A stretch of 64,000 nt of DNA, from NCBI RefSeq assembly GCF_006345805.1, contig NC_043000.1, positions 108,438,001 through 108,502,000 of the forward strand. Reading direction: 5' to 3'. The DNA comes from Octopus sinensis. Its lineage: Eukaryota. The translations under genes were made by a program, and so were the position numbers. Each line of letters begins with the position of its first letter. Position 1 is the stretch's first letter. The notes under the pieces were generated by a model that saw nothing but the letters and a program-made list of their open reading frames with translations, made no database searches and was not told where the DNA came from. This document shows positions 25,237-36,710 of the stretch, piece after piece.

Positions 25237-25570
25237 CCGAAAATTTTCCCAAAAATTTCTCGAAAATTTTCCGCAAAAATTTTTTAATAATTTTCACCGA
25301 AAATTTTCACCGAAAACTTTACCCAAACATGTTTCCGAAAATTTTCACCGAAAACTTTACCCAAAAATTTTTCGAAAATTTTCACCGAAAACTTTACCCA
25401 AACATGTTTCCGAAAATTTTCACCGAAAATTTTGCCCAGAATTTTTCGAAAATTTTCACCGAAAATTTTACCCAAAAATTTTTCGAAAATTTTCAACGAA
25501 AATTTTACACAAAAATTTTTAGAAAATTTTTGTAGAGTATTTTCCCCAAAAATTTTCCACGAAAATTTTC
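25237..25570. repeat. AAAATTTT-phased minisatellite array
   Basis: Same unit as 23060-23470. Confidence 0.9.
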
Positions 25571-25729
25571 GACGACGGATGAAGGTTGCAAATCCTCCCA
25601 ACCAACATCCCAAAAGTAGCGAAACGTCCCGCCTAAAAACAACACTGATGGAGATCGAAAAAAGGCTGCAACAATCCTATGTGAAGGAGAAAGCAGACAA
25701 AGAAGCCTGGGTTATAAAAAACATTAAAT

Positions 25730-25732
<3 letters not shown>
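25571..25732 (+). mobile_element. Duplicate of the first about 160 bp of the 23470 LINE fragment
   Basis: Shares derived variants (cggatgaagg, aatcctcccaacc, aaagtagcg) with 23470 that are absent from the copy at 38581. Confidence 0.93.
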
Positions 25733-25785
<53 letters not shown>

Positions 25786-25789
25786 TCAA

Positions 25790-25995
25790 AATGTGACTGC
25801 GTGTGTACCGTTGGCGATTTTTTTCCCTCCGTCTTCCCTTCTCTGGATCTTTCCTTTTCCTATGTTTCTGACGAAGGGCTCCACTCGAAACATAAAACCC
25901 TCCTTCTTCCCTTCCTTCCTGAACATCCAATAATACTATATTTGTTCCACGTCCTCGCGTTGTTGTGTTTTCTCTTTGTGTTTTCATGTTTGGAT

Positions 25996-25998
<3 letters not shown>
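25790..25998 (+). mobile_element. Penelope pLTR-like short repeat with a type I hammerhead-like motif
   Basis: 25864-25898: GTTT-CTGACGA-A-GGGCTCCACTC-GAAA-CATA-AAAC. Confidence 0.6.
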
Positions 25999-26080
<82 letters not shown>

Positions 26081-26082
26081 AC

Positions 26083-26140
<58 letters not shown>

Positions 26141-26184
26141 GCTAGCATGGAAAGCGAACGTTAAACGATAATGATGATGATATT

Positions 26185-26240
<56 letters not shown>

Positions 26241-26919
26241 TGTGTGTGTGTGTATGCATGTATGTATGTATGTGTGTGTATGAAGCCTATTATATATACA
26301 TATATTTATATAAACTACACACACACACACATATATATATATACATACATATATATACATATGTGTGTGTGCATGTATAGCTGTATGCAAGTGTTGCCAT
26401 TGATGAAGCAGTATCTTTCATTTCCAATCTTCTGCATAAACATGTGGAAATATTACCTTAGTTGAAAACAAGTAAAAGTTGGAGACAGGAGAAGCATCTG
26501 ATCATAAAACCTTTCCCATTTATTTCAATGAATTCCATCTAACCCATGCAAGCATTCAAAAATAGACATAAAAACGATGATGATTGAATACACTCTTTTC
26601 AATTTTACTTCTTTTGTTTGGTTTTATAAATTATTCTCCTCCAGATGAGCAAATGTAATTTCTGAAGAATGCAAGCAATAAACCTGTTTGACATGTTTGT
26701 CTTGTTAATTGTAACCTTGCCAACCAGGTTGTTTAAGCATCTTCACAGAACACACGAAGAAAATTGATCGCTCCCTTTAAAATCTTATTTTGCCTGATTA
26801 CTGAAGAGCAATGGCATTATATCTGATTCTGTTAATGAAGTTTTAGCTTACTGATCAAAAAGTCAGTGGTTCAAATCTCTACCTCCCAGTACAGCGCTGG
26901 GTCCATGATTGCAACTCTG

Positions 26920-27235
26920 GAGTCTCACCGTCCCCAGTCCACCGCCACTTATGACACTGTTACTGTCACTGCCTGCTGCTGCTGCTGCTGCTGCTGCTGC
27001 TACTGATGCCACTACCTCCACTGCCACCTCGGCTGCCACCACTGCTATCACTTCTGCTATTCCTGCAGCTACTGCCAGTACCACCAACCACTGCTGTTGC
27101 TTCCACCACCACCACTGCCACCAACCACTACCGTTGCTGCCACCATCACCACAACCACCACCACTGCTACCATAACTACCACAACCACCATCACTACAAC
27201 CATCACCACCATCATCACTACCATCGCCACATTAG
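26920..27235. repeat. Compound trinucleotide low-complexity tract (CTG/CCA/ACC)
   Basis: Direct observation. Confidence 0.85.
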
Positions 27236-27617
27236 CAACAACAAAGACAGGGCAAGTTCCACCTCCCTGTCCCACTTTATTTTGGGACTTCATAACCATG
27301 GAAATGATATCTCCAACATCAATGGTGTATCACTGCCAGGGCTCCTTTTCTTCATCTGGGACCAACTCTATCTCCACGAGAAACTGTTTATACTTCACCA
27401 ACCTGCAGTATTCATGAACAGAAAGAATGTCCCATCTTATTGTTGCCATCAGAGGTATGCCCTTTTAATGAAGTTCAACCCACAGGCAGCTGACAATCCA
27501 GATATGTCACTCTAGGCCTAGCTATCCTACGCAAAGGAGAAAGGTATTTAATCCTTGCCACCTATATAGACAATAGCACAACACCATAAAATTTGGTTAT
27601 CCCCATGTAAAGATTGC

Positions 27618-28030
27618 TGCCTTGCTGGCAAAATCATTAGCACGCTGGACGGAATGCTTAGCAGTATTTCGCCCGTCACTATGTTCTGAGTTCAAATTCC
27701 ACCGAGATCGACTTTGCCTTTCATTCTTTCGGGGGTTGATAAATTAAGTACTAGTTGCATACTGAGGATCAATCTAATCGACTGGCCACCTCCCCAAAAT
27801 TTTCAGGCCTTGTGCCTAGAGTGGAAAAGAATATATTGATTTCAGATTTTGTTACAAGGACAGCAAATTCAGGAGAGGGGGTGAATTGGTTATATTGACC
27901 CCAGTGCCTCAACTGACACTCATTTTATCAACTCCAAAAGGATGAAAGTCAAAGTCAACCTTGACAGAATTTGAACTTTGAACTCAGAACTCAGAAGCAT
28001 TTTGCCTGGTGTGTTAATGGTTCTGCCAAC
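27618..28030. mobile_element. Two SINE family A copies in opposite orientation
   Basis: Plus copy about 27618-27832, minus copy about 27845-28030. Confidence 0.8.
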
Positions 28031-28234
28031 ACACCACATTGCTGTCTCTAATATATATTAAAACTTCACTGAATGACAGCAGAGCTACTGACATGTGCCA
28101 ACTTTTAAACTTTCATCTCTACATTTCTTCATTTCCCCTTATCATTTATTATTCTACTTCTGTGCAACAATGTTTCAAGCAAACTACAACACTCTTCTTT
28201 CATAAATAACATAAGTAAATTTACGGAGATGTAC

Positions 28235-28636
28235 TTGCATAACAAGTGACCTGATCTGAGATCGTGTGCTGGAACGAAAACAATTGCAGTGTGGAAGGTG
28301 TTTATAAGCCATTTAAGAAACACACAAAAACCGTTAGATTCACTTCAACATTTAAATTTAATTTGTCAAAATATTTCCGTCGCTTTGAGACTGCGACCTG
28401 TTCACTGACAAAACTGATGCAGCACGAAGTTTTGTCAGTGAACAGGTCGCGGTCTCAAAGCGACGAAAATATTTTGACAAATTAAATTTAAATGTTGAAG
28501 TGAATCTAATGGTTTTTGTTTGTTTCTTATAAACACCTTCCACGCTGCAGAAGTAAATTTCTTCACCTAAAACCCTTCAAGGCAGTGCCCCAGCATGGAC
28601 GCTATCCCATGACTGTAACAAATAAAAGATATAAGA
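28235..28636 (+). mobile_element. Foldback element (about 125-bp arms) followed by a SINE-B/LINE-type 3' tail
   Basis: Arms 28285-28415 and 28428-28549 with a 12-nt spacer, then aaacccttcaaggcagtgccccagcatgg..gactgtaacaaataaaaga. Partial arm also at 53260-53305. Confidence 0.8.
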
Positions 28637-28809
28637 AAAAACCTACAGGGAAAAAAATGTTTTTAAAATATTATTTCAGCGGAAATTTATTACATTCACA
28701 AAAACTGGCGAGCAGAGCAAACAGCTACAAGAAGCCAATCATGATACAGACTGCTATAACAACTAATCAAGACCACTGAGTCTGTTTCACTAGCATTTGT
28801 CAACAAAAT

Positions 28810-29352
28810 ATTGGTATATTTTCAAGAAACTTTTCAAAAATTTCGATGAAAACTTTCAAAAAACTTTTCTTAAATTTTGATGAAAATTTTCAGAAAAATT
28901 TTCAAAGATTTTGATGAAAATTTTCAAAAAATCTTTTCAAAAATTTTGATGAAAATTTTCAAAAAAATTTTTTTTAATTTTGATGATAATTGCCGGAGTT
29001 TGCCGGAGATTGCCGGAGTTTACCAGAGATTGCTGGACATGGCTGGAGATTGCCGGAGATTACCGGAGATAGCCAAAGATTGCCGGAAATTGCCGGAGAT
29101 TGCCGGAGATAGCCGAAGATTGCCGGAAATTGCAGGAGATAGCCGGAGATTGGCGGAGTAGCATTTTGGGAGATTTCCCATTAATGCTGTGTGTTAGAAC
29201 ACCTGGGAGAGAGTGAGATAGACGTAGAGAGATTGAGATAGGCAGAGATAGAATGAGATTGGCGGAGATAGAGTGAGATAGGCGAAGATAGGTAGAGATA
29301 GAGTGAGATAGGCCGAGATAGGCGGAGATAGAGTGAAATAGGTGGAGATATT
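28810..29352 (+). repeat. Three adjacent minisatellites: A/T-tract, (TGCCGGAGAT)n and GAGATAG-rich
   Basis: 28810-28985, 28990-29160 (10-bp unit), 29210-29352. Confidence 0.85.
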
Positions 29353-29671
29353 GGGAGTGACTCTCCCAGGATGGTACCACCTACCTCAATATCCATGGGT
29401 CAAAGAAAACTGGAACTTGTTTTCTAGATGTGGGCAAGGATATCTGTGAGTGTAGCATCAGCACTGTCCCACATCTATTGTAATTCTCACCTGAACAGTG
29501 TTTTGGGTTTGTAGTCGTTGGAGTAGTTGGGGGCGAGCATTTTTCTGGCTCACAAGAGAAAAGCCAATCTTTGAAATGCAGTTCTAGCTGTGTTAACCCT
29601 TTTAATAACAACTTCTCTGAAACCATTTCTTGTTATACGATACAAACTACTTGTTTTGAAGTGACCTTTAA

Positions 29672-30040
29672 CCTTTTAGCATTCAGATTATACTGTCAAA
29701 AATAATCCTTTCTACTGGATGCACAAGGCCTCAAATTTGGGGAAGGGATTAAGTCGATTATATTGACCCCAGTGTGTAACTGATACTTATTTAATCGACC
29801 CTGAAAGGATGAAAGGCAGTCGACCTCAGCTGAATTTGTATTCTGTCAAACATGTTTATTTATTTGCATTGCTTTGAATTAACTATGCATTATTTTGGGG
29901 CTTCAAGATTTTGATGATGTGACTGCTTATATTTAGTGTGACATTGTAAGGTAAGTGTGAGATGTTGGATCAGGCCAGTTTGAACAGAAAAGAGGCTGAA
30001 TATTTTGGCCATATCTATGGTCAGTTTCAATGCTAAAGGG
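29672..30040. mobile_element. piggyBac-type MITE (TTAA site) with an inserted SINE A, nested in a second TTAA-type MITE
   Basis: TIR ttaa-ccttttagcatt ... aatgctaaaggg-tcaa; SINE at about 29705-29840; host MITE-like flanks about 29592-30175; second copy at 44529-44736. Confidence 0.7.
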
Positions 30041-30317
30041 TCAAACCTTCCATCAAAATTTCCAAACACCAGATTAATACTGATTAAGTTATTTTACAAA
30101 ATTCTTGAATATTTTCAAAATTAATTGAAACAAAGGCAATGCATTTTCAACAGAGCTACAGTAACAAAAGTGTAATGAAACCTTTCAGTACCAACCCATT
30201 ATATTGTGAAACCAGGGCTTCTTATTGTATAGTGAAACCTTCGTTTCACAATACAAACTTCCTGTTTTAAAGTGACCCAAGTTAAAAACCTATTAAAATT
30301 TCATGTTAGTAGTTTTA

Positions 30318-30738
30318 AAGGGAAGGGTAAGTCTATTACATTGACCCCAGCACTCAGCTGGTACTGAGTTTATTGACACTGAAGGGACGAAAGGCAAAGT
30401 CAACATCAGCAGAATCTGAACCCAGAGGCGAGCTGGCAGAAACGTTAGCATCCCCGGGTGAAATGCTTTGCGGTATTTCATCTGCCGCTACGTTCTGAGC
30501 TTAAATTCCGCCGAGGTCGGCTTTGCCTTTCATCCTTTTGGGGTTGATTAAATAAGTACCAGTTATGCACTGGGGTTGATATAATCGACTTAATCCATTT
30601 GTCTGTTCTTGTTTGTCCCCTCTGTGTGTAGCCTCTTGTGGGCAGTAAAGAAATAAGAATTTGAACTCAGAACAAAAAGACAGACAATGTGACACTAAGC
30701 ATTTTGTCCAGCATGTAAACGATTCTGCCACCTCCCTA
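30318..30738. mobile_element. SINE A (+, 30427-30655) inserted into SINE A (-)
   Basis: Host halves flank the insert; candidate target duplication agaat(c/t)tgaac(c/t)caga. Confidence 0.8.
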
Positions 30739-30754
30739 ACTTATAATGATCTCA

Positions 30755-30950
30755 AATTTTGGCACAAGGCCAGAAATTTCTCGGGAGGTGGTTAGTTGAT
30801 AACATTGACCCCAGGGCTCAACTGGTACTGATTTTATTGACTCTGAAAGGATGAAAGGCAAAGTTGATCTCAGCGGAATTTAAAGTCGGTACATAAAGAG
30901 CTGGAAGAAATACCAGGAAGCAAGACACTAACTGTTATACCAGCTTGCCA
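30755..30950 (-). mobile_element. SINE family A
   Basis: Reverse-complement core aaaggatgaaaggcaaagttga. Confidence 0.8.
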
Positions 30951-31542
30951 TTCTGATAGAAAATATAATTAAATATGCAAAGAAAAAAGTAAGGAAAATA
31001 ACTATACCCAAAAATAACAACAAGGATTCTTCAAAGAATTAATGTGCCACTGCCATAGCAGAGGTAACAACAGCACCAAATTACAAGATTGTTGTTGAGT
31101 TGGTGGGTATTTAATTTTTGTTTTATTTATGAATATATTTTTCTTTTCTGAGAATGACTTTGAAGGTTGGGCTAATTTAATTAGAAAATTTATAACTTGA
31201 ATTTATTCATAATGAGGGAGGAATATAACAATGATTATAATAACCACAACAGCAACAACAATAACTAATTTTAAGGGGGAGAAGAAGGAGAAAGAGCAGG
31301 AAAAGAAGAGCAATAAAAGATTTTTCTGGAGGCTTTGGGTGTTGCATTACAAAAATTGATGTGAATGTGATCACCAAATCAGAACTTTTTTTAAATCTTT
31401 GTATTATATTGATTTTTTTTAGATTATTTATTTAGCTTATTGAAGATATTTTTTTCTGGATGATGCTGAAGGTAGGGCTGACTTATATAATGTGGAACTT
31501 AAATTTCTTCATAAAGATGGATTATTATTATTATTATAATTA

Positions 31543-31544
<2 letters not shown>

Positions 31545-31592
<48 letters not shown>

Positions 31593-31617
31593 GGTGGTGG
31601 TGGTGGTGGTGGTGGTG

Positions 31618-31692
<75 letters not shown>

Positions 31693-31730
31693 ACAGCAGC
31701 AGTAATAATAATAATAATAATAATAATCCT
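31545..31730. repeat. (GTA)n(GTG)n(GTA)n(TAA)n compound microsatellite
   Basis: Direct observation. Confidence 0.95.
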
Positions 31731-31734
31731 TTTT

Positions 31735-31928
31735 ACTAAAGACACAGAGGCCTGAAATTTGGTGGGAGGGGATTAGTTGATTCCATCGACTCCAGTCTTT
31801 TATTAGTATGACCCCAAAAGGATGAAAGATAAACTCAACCCCAGCAGAAGTTGGACTCAGATCTTGAAGACAGATGAAATACCGCTAAGCATTTCACTGG
31901 CATTGCTAATGATTCTGTCAGCTCACTG
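31735..31928 (-). mobile_element. SINE family A
   Basis: Reverse-complement tail, core and head. Confidence 0.8.
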
Positions 31929-32604
31929 CCTTAATAATAACAACAACAATAACTATGACATCTCAGATGGTGTTTGGGGTGAGCTGAAGAATTGGTGTAA
32001 CTGTGGAGTAGTGTTTGAATGAGGTCTTTTGTATATATTTGTTTTCAGATTTAAAAATATACAGTACAACTCCATTATAATGTGGTGGCTGGTGGGGGGT
32101 GGGGAGAGTCCATGGAAAAATAACACAGCAAAAAAGAACAAAAAAAATTGGTGTTATGTTAAAGGTTCAAGAAAATGGATGTTTGGAAAGAGTGAAAATG
32201 AAAGGAAATAAAATAGAATAAAGAGGAGGTTCGATGTATTGAATGTAAATTCATGTTAAATTGAGACACATTACTGTATGCAGGTTTCTGGTTTTTTGGA
32301 GAAATTCTTCATAATGTTGGATTAATAAGAACATGACCAAGAATGGTAGTTGTACTGAGAAGAGCAAGAAGAAAGAAAGAAAAGAGAAAATGAACTATGA
32401 TCTCTCTGGCGATGTTTAAAGTGGTTTGGTGTGAACAAAATTCAGTTTGACTTTTGCGAAGATGGTAATAGAGAGCAGTGGTGCCAAAACAGAGGAAATC
32501 TTTTCTGTTTTTATCAATGACAAAAAGAAAAAGAATGATGTAAAAATACAAAACAACTTCCCCACCCAATCCAAATTTGGCCTCAACACGAATTGTATAC
32601 TTAC

Positions 32605-32819
32605 ATTAGTGAGAATGAGGCAATGTTCTTCTTCAGATTTACGTTTCTGCAACTCAACCAGCAGCTCTCGTAGCTCCTCCTTGAGTTGTTCGATTTTGCG
32701 AATCAGACGCGTGTCCTTTTCGGAGATCTTGCGCCCGCTGCGAGCTTCGAGGCGCATTTTCAACTCAAACAGTTCTTGCTACACCACAGCCATTTTCATC
32801 TGGATCTGCAAAGCCGTAA
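32605..32819 (-). pseudogene. Splice-bounded coiled-coil exon with an in-frame TAG (TALQIQMKMAVV*QELFELKMRLEARSGRKISEKDTRLIRKIEQLKEELRELLVELQKRKSEEEHCLILTN)
   Basis: Strong acceptor tttccttctgtgtttcag, donor aat|gtaagt, GC-elevated coding-like composition, heptad pattern; TAG at 32779-32781. Confidence 0.6.
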
Positions 32820-33554
32820 CTGAAACACAGAAGGAAAAAGGAAATAAAAAAACGGTTCTGTCAGAGGAGATGAAATTTGGGAAAGAGCTCAGGTGATTGG
32901 AATGGCTACAGAGTGGATGTGTATGTGTGTATGTGTGCATAGCATGCAGCATTCTTTTGCATGTACGACTGTTAGTTGTGCAGTAGATTAGGACATGCAA
33001 CATCAACATGCAATGTACAAGGGAAGATAATATGAAAGGACAGAAATGTGTTTGGACCACCACCACCACCATCATCATCATCATTTGATGTCTTGGCAAG
33101 AGTTGGAATGGTTTCACCAGATGTGGTTAATCACTGAGTTGTATCATGTTCTATTTTAACTCTTTGATTATTAATAAAATCTGCCTTGAGCAAACATATC
33201 CATGGAACCAGAGCTTCACTGGATTTTCAAGGCATTTAGGCTGAAAGTACAAGACTCCACCCCACCCCCCCCCCCACTAAACAGGACACTGGTTCAACCA
33301 TCTTTAACTCCAAGATGCAACTGGTATTCATTTTTGCCCATGCATAGTACATTGTGTACTTGTACTGTTCCCTTCTCTCAGTATTTCAAGAGTGGAGTAC
33401 TCTGTGGCATTAGGCATGGTTGGGGGATTAAGAATTTTACATAGCAAACATAGAGTTTCAGGTTCGATCCCACTCCATGGCACCATCAGTATCTTCAACC
33501 AAAGACTTGGCCCAACAAAATATAGACAGAAACTGTGTGGAATACCTTCAGATT

Positions 33555-34052
33555 GCACATTCCTGTTTTTGTTGGCATGGCAATGTTACCGAGGAGCCTT
33601 ACCTGTCCGGGACAAGCTCGCAAGGCATGGTAGCGCTGGCCCACCGACCTGTCCAAGATGTGGGCGAGACAGGGAAACCGTCCCGCACGCCACTGTTCAG
33701 TATTCGGTGGTGTCAGATGCGTGGGTTTATGCCGAACAACTGTTGTCAGGTACAGGAAGACTACAGCTATCGACTGAGTCAATAGTAAAAAATTACCCAC
33801 CGAATTTCCTATCGAAAGACGGTAAGAATTGCTTTCTCATTGTTGTAGTAATTGCAAGAGTGGTGATTTGGAAGACGCGAACGAAAGGGTTAATAACAGG
33901 CATTTTTATCTCTAGTCCTGGGTTAGTGAATTTCCTCACCTTCCACCTAAGAAGGAAAATACGTCTAGAGAGAAAATGCCTGTCCGCGAAAATGTTTCAA
34001 GATCGATGGAAGAATGTCACACGAATGTTGCGTGTGGATGGCATCGCATGAA
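33555..34052 (+). mobile_element. Tx1/L1-clade LINE 3' end
   Basis: LAWQCYRGALPVRDKL..CPRCGRDRETVPHA (zf-RVT-like CCHC), stop followed by (TA)n. Preceded by a SINE B head at about 33405-33545. Confidence 0.85.
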
Positions 34053-34299
34053 TACAACGCTATATATATATATGAGAGAGACAGAGAGACAGAATGAGAG
34101 CCACACACACATGTATGTTTGTGTGTCTATATATAAAGAAAGATATGAGTTAGTTGTATTTGGTCAGACTCTATGTTCCGAGTTCAATTTCCGTCTGAGT
34201 CGATTTCACTTCCATACCCTTGGGTCCATGTATTATACCTGCCAATTTAAGACACATTTACGATATTTCAAGGTAAAAATATCTCTTAAAAATTCAAAA

Positions 34300-34650
34300 A
34301 TATACATCTCACTGTAAGGGAGGTAACTCTAACAATCAACGTTGGGGAAGTACCAAACACTTCAAATTACCTCCCTTAATCGACAAGAAACACAACTCTT
34401 ACCATGACTTTGAAATGGCAATTATTTAAATATAATCTCCCTTTAAATACGGTGGGCATAATTATAAATTACTCTATACACAATTTTTGTGATGCCGTAC
34501 GCCAACGCAAATATTAAATGGGTTAAGGATCTGCCCTTTTCTGATGGATACATTGAATCGTTTCCTTTCTACACAACAGGACGTAATAGTATAGGTTGGT
34601 TTCCCTTTTTCCAATCGATGTCAATACGAAGTAGATAACATCGTTTCGAG
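34300..34650. repeat. Unclassified interspersed repeat
   Basis: Homologous to 47150-47745 (aaattacctccctta..caagaaacacaactc; atctgccctt; ttttccaa(a)tcgatgtcaatacgaag). Confidence 0.65.
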
Positions 34651-34659
34651 ATGTTTCCA

Positions 34660-35880
34660 TCGGGATGACTACATTCACACAGCTTTCGCCAATTCTGAAG
34701 AAGTTGAGAGGAAGAACACGAGGGTGGAACACACTTCCTTAGAAAGAAAAAGTTTGTCACTTGAAGGAATGATATACGCAAAAAGACGGGTCTTGCACTT
34801 CGCAGATGATGGAGTAGTCCCAGATATGCATAGGGTCAGGACACTGACGATATCTATGGAGTTGCTGTGAGCAGCACTCATTTTCATCTTGACCAATTTT
34901 CATTGACGCTGGTCCAGTCCCTATTTCGATAGACTTCGTCCAACCAGGCACGACTAGCATCCAGTGTCTGCCATAGCGTTGTGACGGATAACTTGGGTCG
35001 GTCGTGAAAGGGAAGTGGCGAAACCCAATGCCTTCGTGGCAAGTGTGTCTGCTTGAATGAAGTTAGTGATAAAAGGATGGGTATCGGAAGAACTTTTTCC
35101 CCACGAATAGCAGGGTTCATTATATATATGGTGGTCAAGAATTATAGCTTGGGTAGAGGATTCGTTAGGGAGGTCGACCAGAAGCCATAGGCTGTTGAAT
35201 ATTGCAGAAGTGTGGTCTTCCGTGTCAGCTGCGTTGGTTTGAACCTGCTGATGAGGACGGCGTTATCGGCGGAAGACACTCTCATATTGATACAGGATGA
35301 CACATCTAGCGTATTTGTGGTTGTAGGCGAAGCATTTCCGCGTGCATTCCTGTACATGAGGTCTGTAATTGTGTTTTCTGCAGTGAATGCAGTGGTTTGC
35401 GGTGGGTGTAACACGGAGTTAGTCGGATTTATTGACCGAGCGTTGCCGCACCTGGTCCTTATATGAACTAGATGCCGCAGTGATTGGGTAGTGCTATAGG
35501 GCCCATGAGACAGCTGGCTGAGCGTTCTCCACTTTCTTTTACCTCGACGTACTTTGGAGCTTCTTCCAATGTCATGTCTTACTTCGAGTCACCCATGGTG
35601 TCAAGAAGTATCTCTTCGTCCTCCGACACACTTACAAGAACATTGCGAACCATGACGTTCCAGGGGCATACCACTTTGAGGTTGCACACTGCCATCGACA
35701 ACATGCAGTCAATGTCCTAACGGATTCCTCCCGATCCAGGCGCATTTGCCCTTCCTGCACAAGAACGACCATCATATTTTCTTCGCGGACAAACATGGAC
35801 GTAATGTGAGTGAGGACAGTTTGCTCATCACTAGAGGTCAACGCACATTGGCTGCGACTGCAGAGAACATATATAGGCTT
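34660..35880 (-). mobile_element. Ty3/Gypsy LTR retrotransposon gag-protease remnant
   Basis: MVRNVLVSVSEDEEILLDTMGDSK*DMTLEEAPKYVEVKESGERSAS (gag), ILDHHIYN, MADTGC*SCL (aspartic protease), DKLFLSKE; several stops and frameshifts. Confidence 0.75.
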
Positions 35881-35949
35881 GGAGGAAATTAAGCTAGCAT
35901 GCTTCACTGCATGTGCAATGTCAGTGTGCATGTACAACAAAATCTAAAT

Positions 35950-36205
35950 GTTTTGAGAGAAAAGTTAGGCATAAGGATCATCAGGTATAATGTGCAAGAG
36001 CGACGACTGAGCTGGTATGGTCATGTGATGCACGTGGATGAGGACAGCTGTCTGAAGAAGTGCTAATCTCTAACAGTTGAGAGAAGCTGTGGAAGAAGTA
36101 GACTTAAGAAGGGACAAGGTGGTAATGCATGATCTCTGTTGAAACTTATGGAGGCAATGACTCATGACCGACACCTTTGGTGACATGTCATGCTTGAGAA
36201 GTCAA
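35950..36205 (+). mobile_element. RTE-clade LINE 3' fragment
   Basis: LREKLGIR..VQERRLSWYGHVMH..GRSRLKK motif. Confidence 0.8.
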
Positions 36206-36269
36206 TATATTGTAATTAATTTCTCATCAATTAATTTTTTTACAACCCCTGCCCACAACACTCATGAAG

Positions 36270-36400
36270 TGCTTCACATTAGGAAAGGCATCCAGCTGTA
36301 GAAACAATGACAAATCAGACTGGAGTCTGCTGCAGGCCCTCAGCTTACCAGCCCTGATGAAACTGTCCAACCCATGCCAGCATGGATGATGATGACGATG
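36270..36400 (+). mobile_element. SINE family C / RTE-type 3' tail
   Basis: cattaggaaaggcatccagctgtagaaa..tccaacccatgccagcatgg-(GAT)n; related pieces at about 26135, 26480, 40752, 45445 and 45560. Confidence 0.75.
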
Positions 36401-36630
36401 ACAATTCTTTTTGTAAAACTTTTGTATTTTATGCTGAACATCTAGTTTAAAGTTAATTTTATGCATTGAATTTTCATTTCCAGTGAAATCAATTTTAATA
36501 TTTCAAATTTTGTTATCCTTGCAAATGCTTGCATTGAAATCACCAAGTATGAAGATTTTATAAGTACAAAGAACACTGCACAGAAGCTTTTATCGTGAAA
36601 GATATAATGTTAGTTTTCTTTTCTCTTCAG

Positions 36631-36710
36631 AGGAACACATGGTTGGAGGGTAGACTCTTACTAAGGTGACAAATCTCTTGTTTGACAATGGCATTCTCAC
36701 TGACATCAAG
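36631..36710 (+). pseudogene. Candidate exon with an in-frame TAG (EHMVGG*TLTKVTNLLFDNGILTDIK)
   Basis: Acceptor ttttcttttctcttcag, donor aag|gtaatc; TAG at 36651-36653. Confidence 0.35.

Noticed and set aside
26644-26730. Plus-strand exon-like segment (FLKNASNKPV*HVCLVNCNLANQ); similar case at 18211-18305
   Set aside because: Multiple stops and no recognisable homology.
27280-27420. PDZ-like GNDISNINGVSLPGL (+) or LysM-like YTIDVGDII (-)
   Set aside because: Short motif resemblances only, with no supporting domain context.
26863-27515. Ala/Thr/His-rich ORFs
   Set aside because: Derived from compound trinucleotide repeats.
34560-34650. RT motif (LRIDID..K) continuing the Gypsy pol
   Set aside because: The segment is homologous to 47600-47745 and belongs to a separate non-coding repeat.
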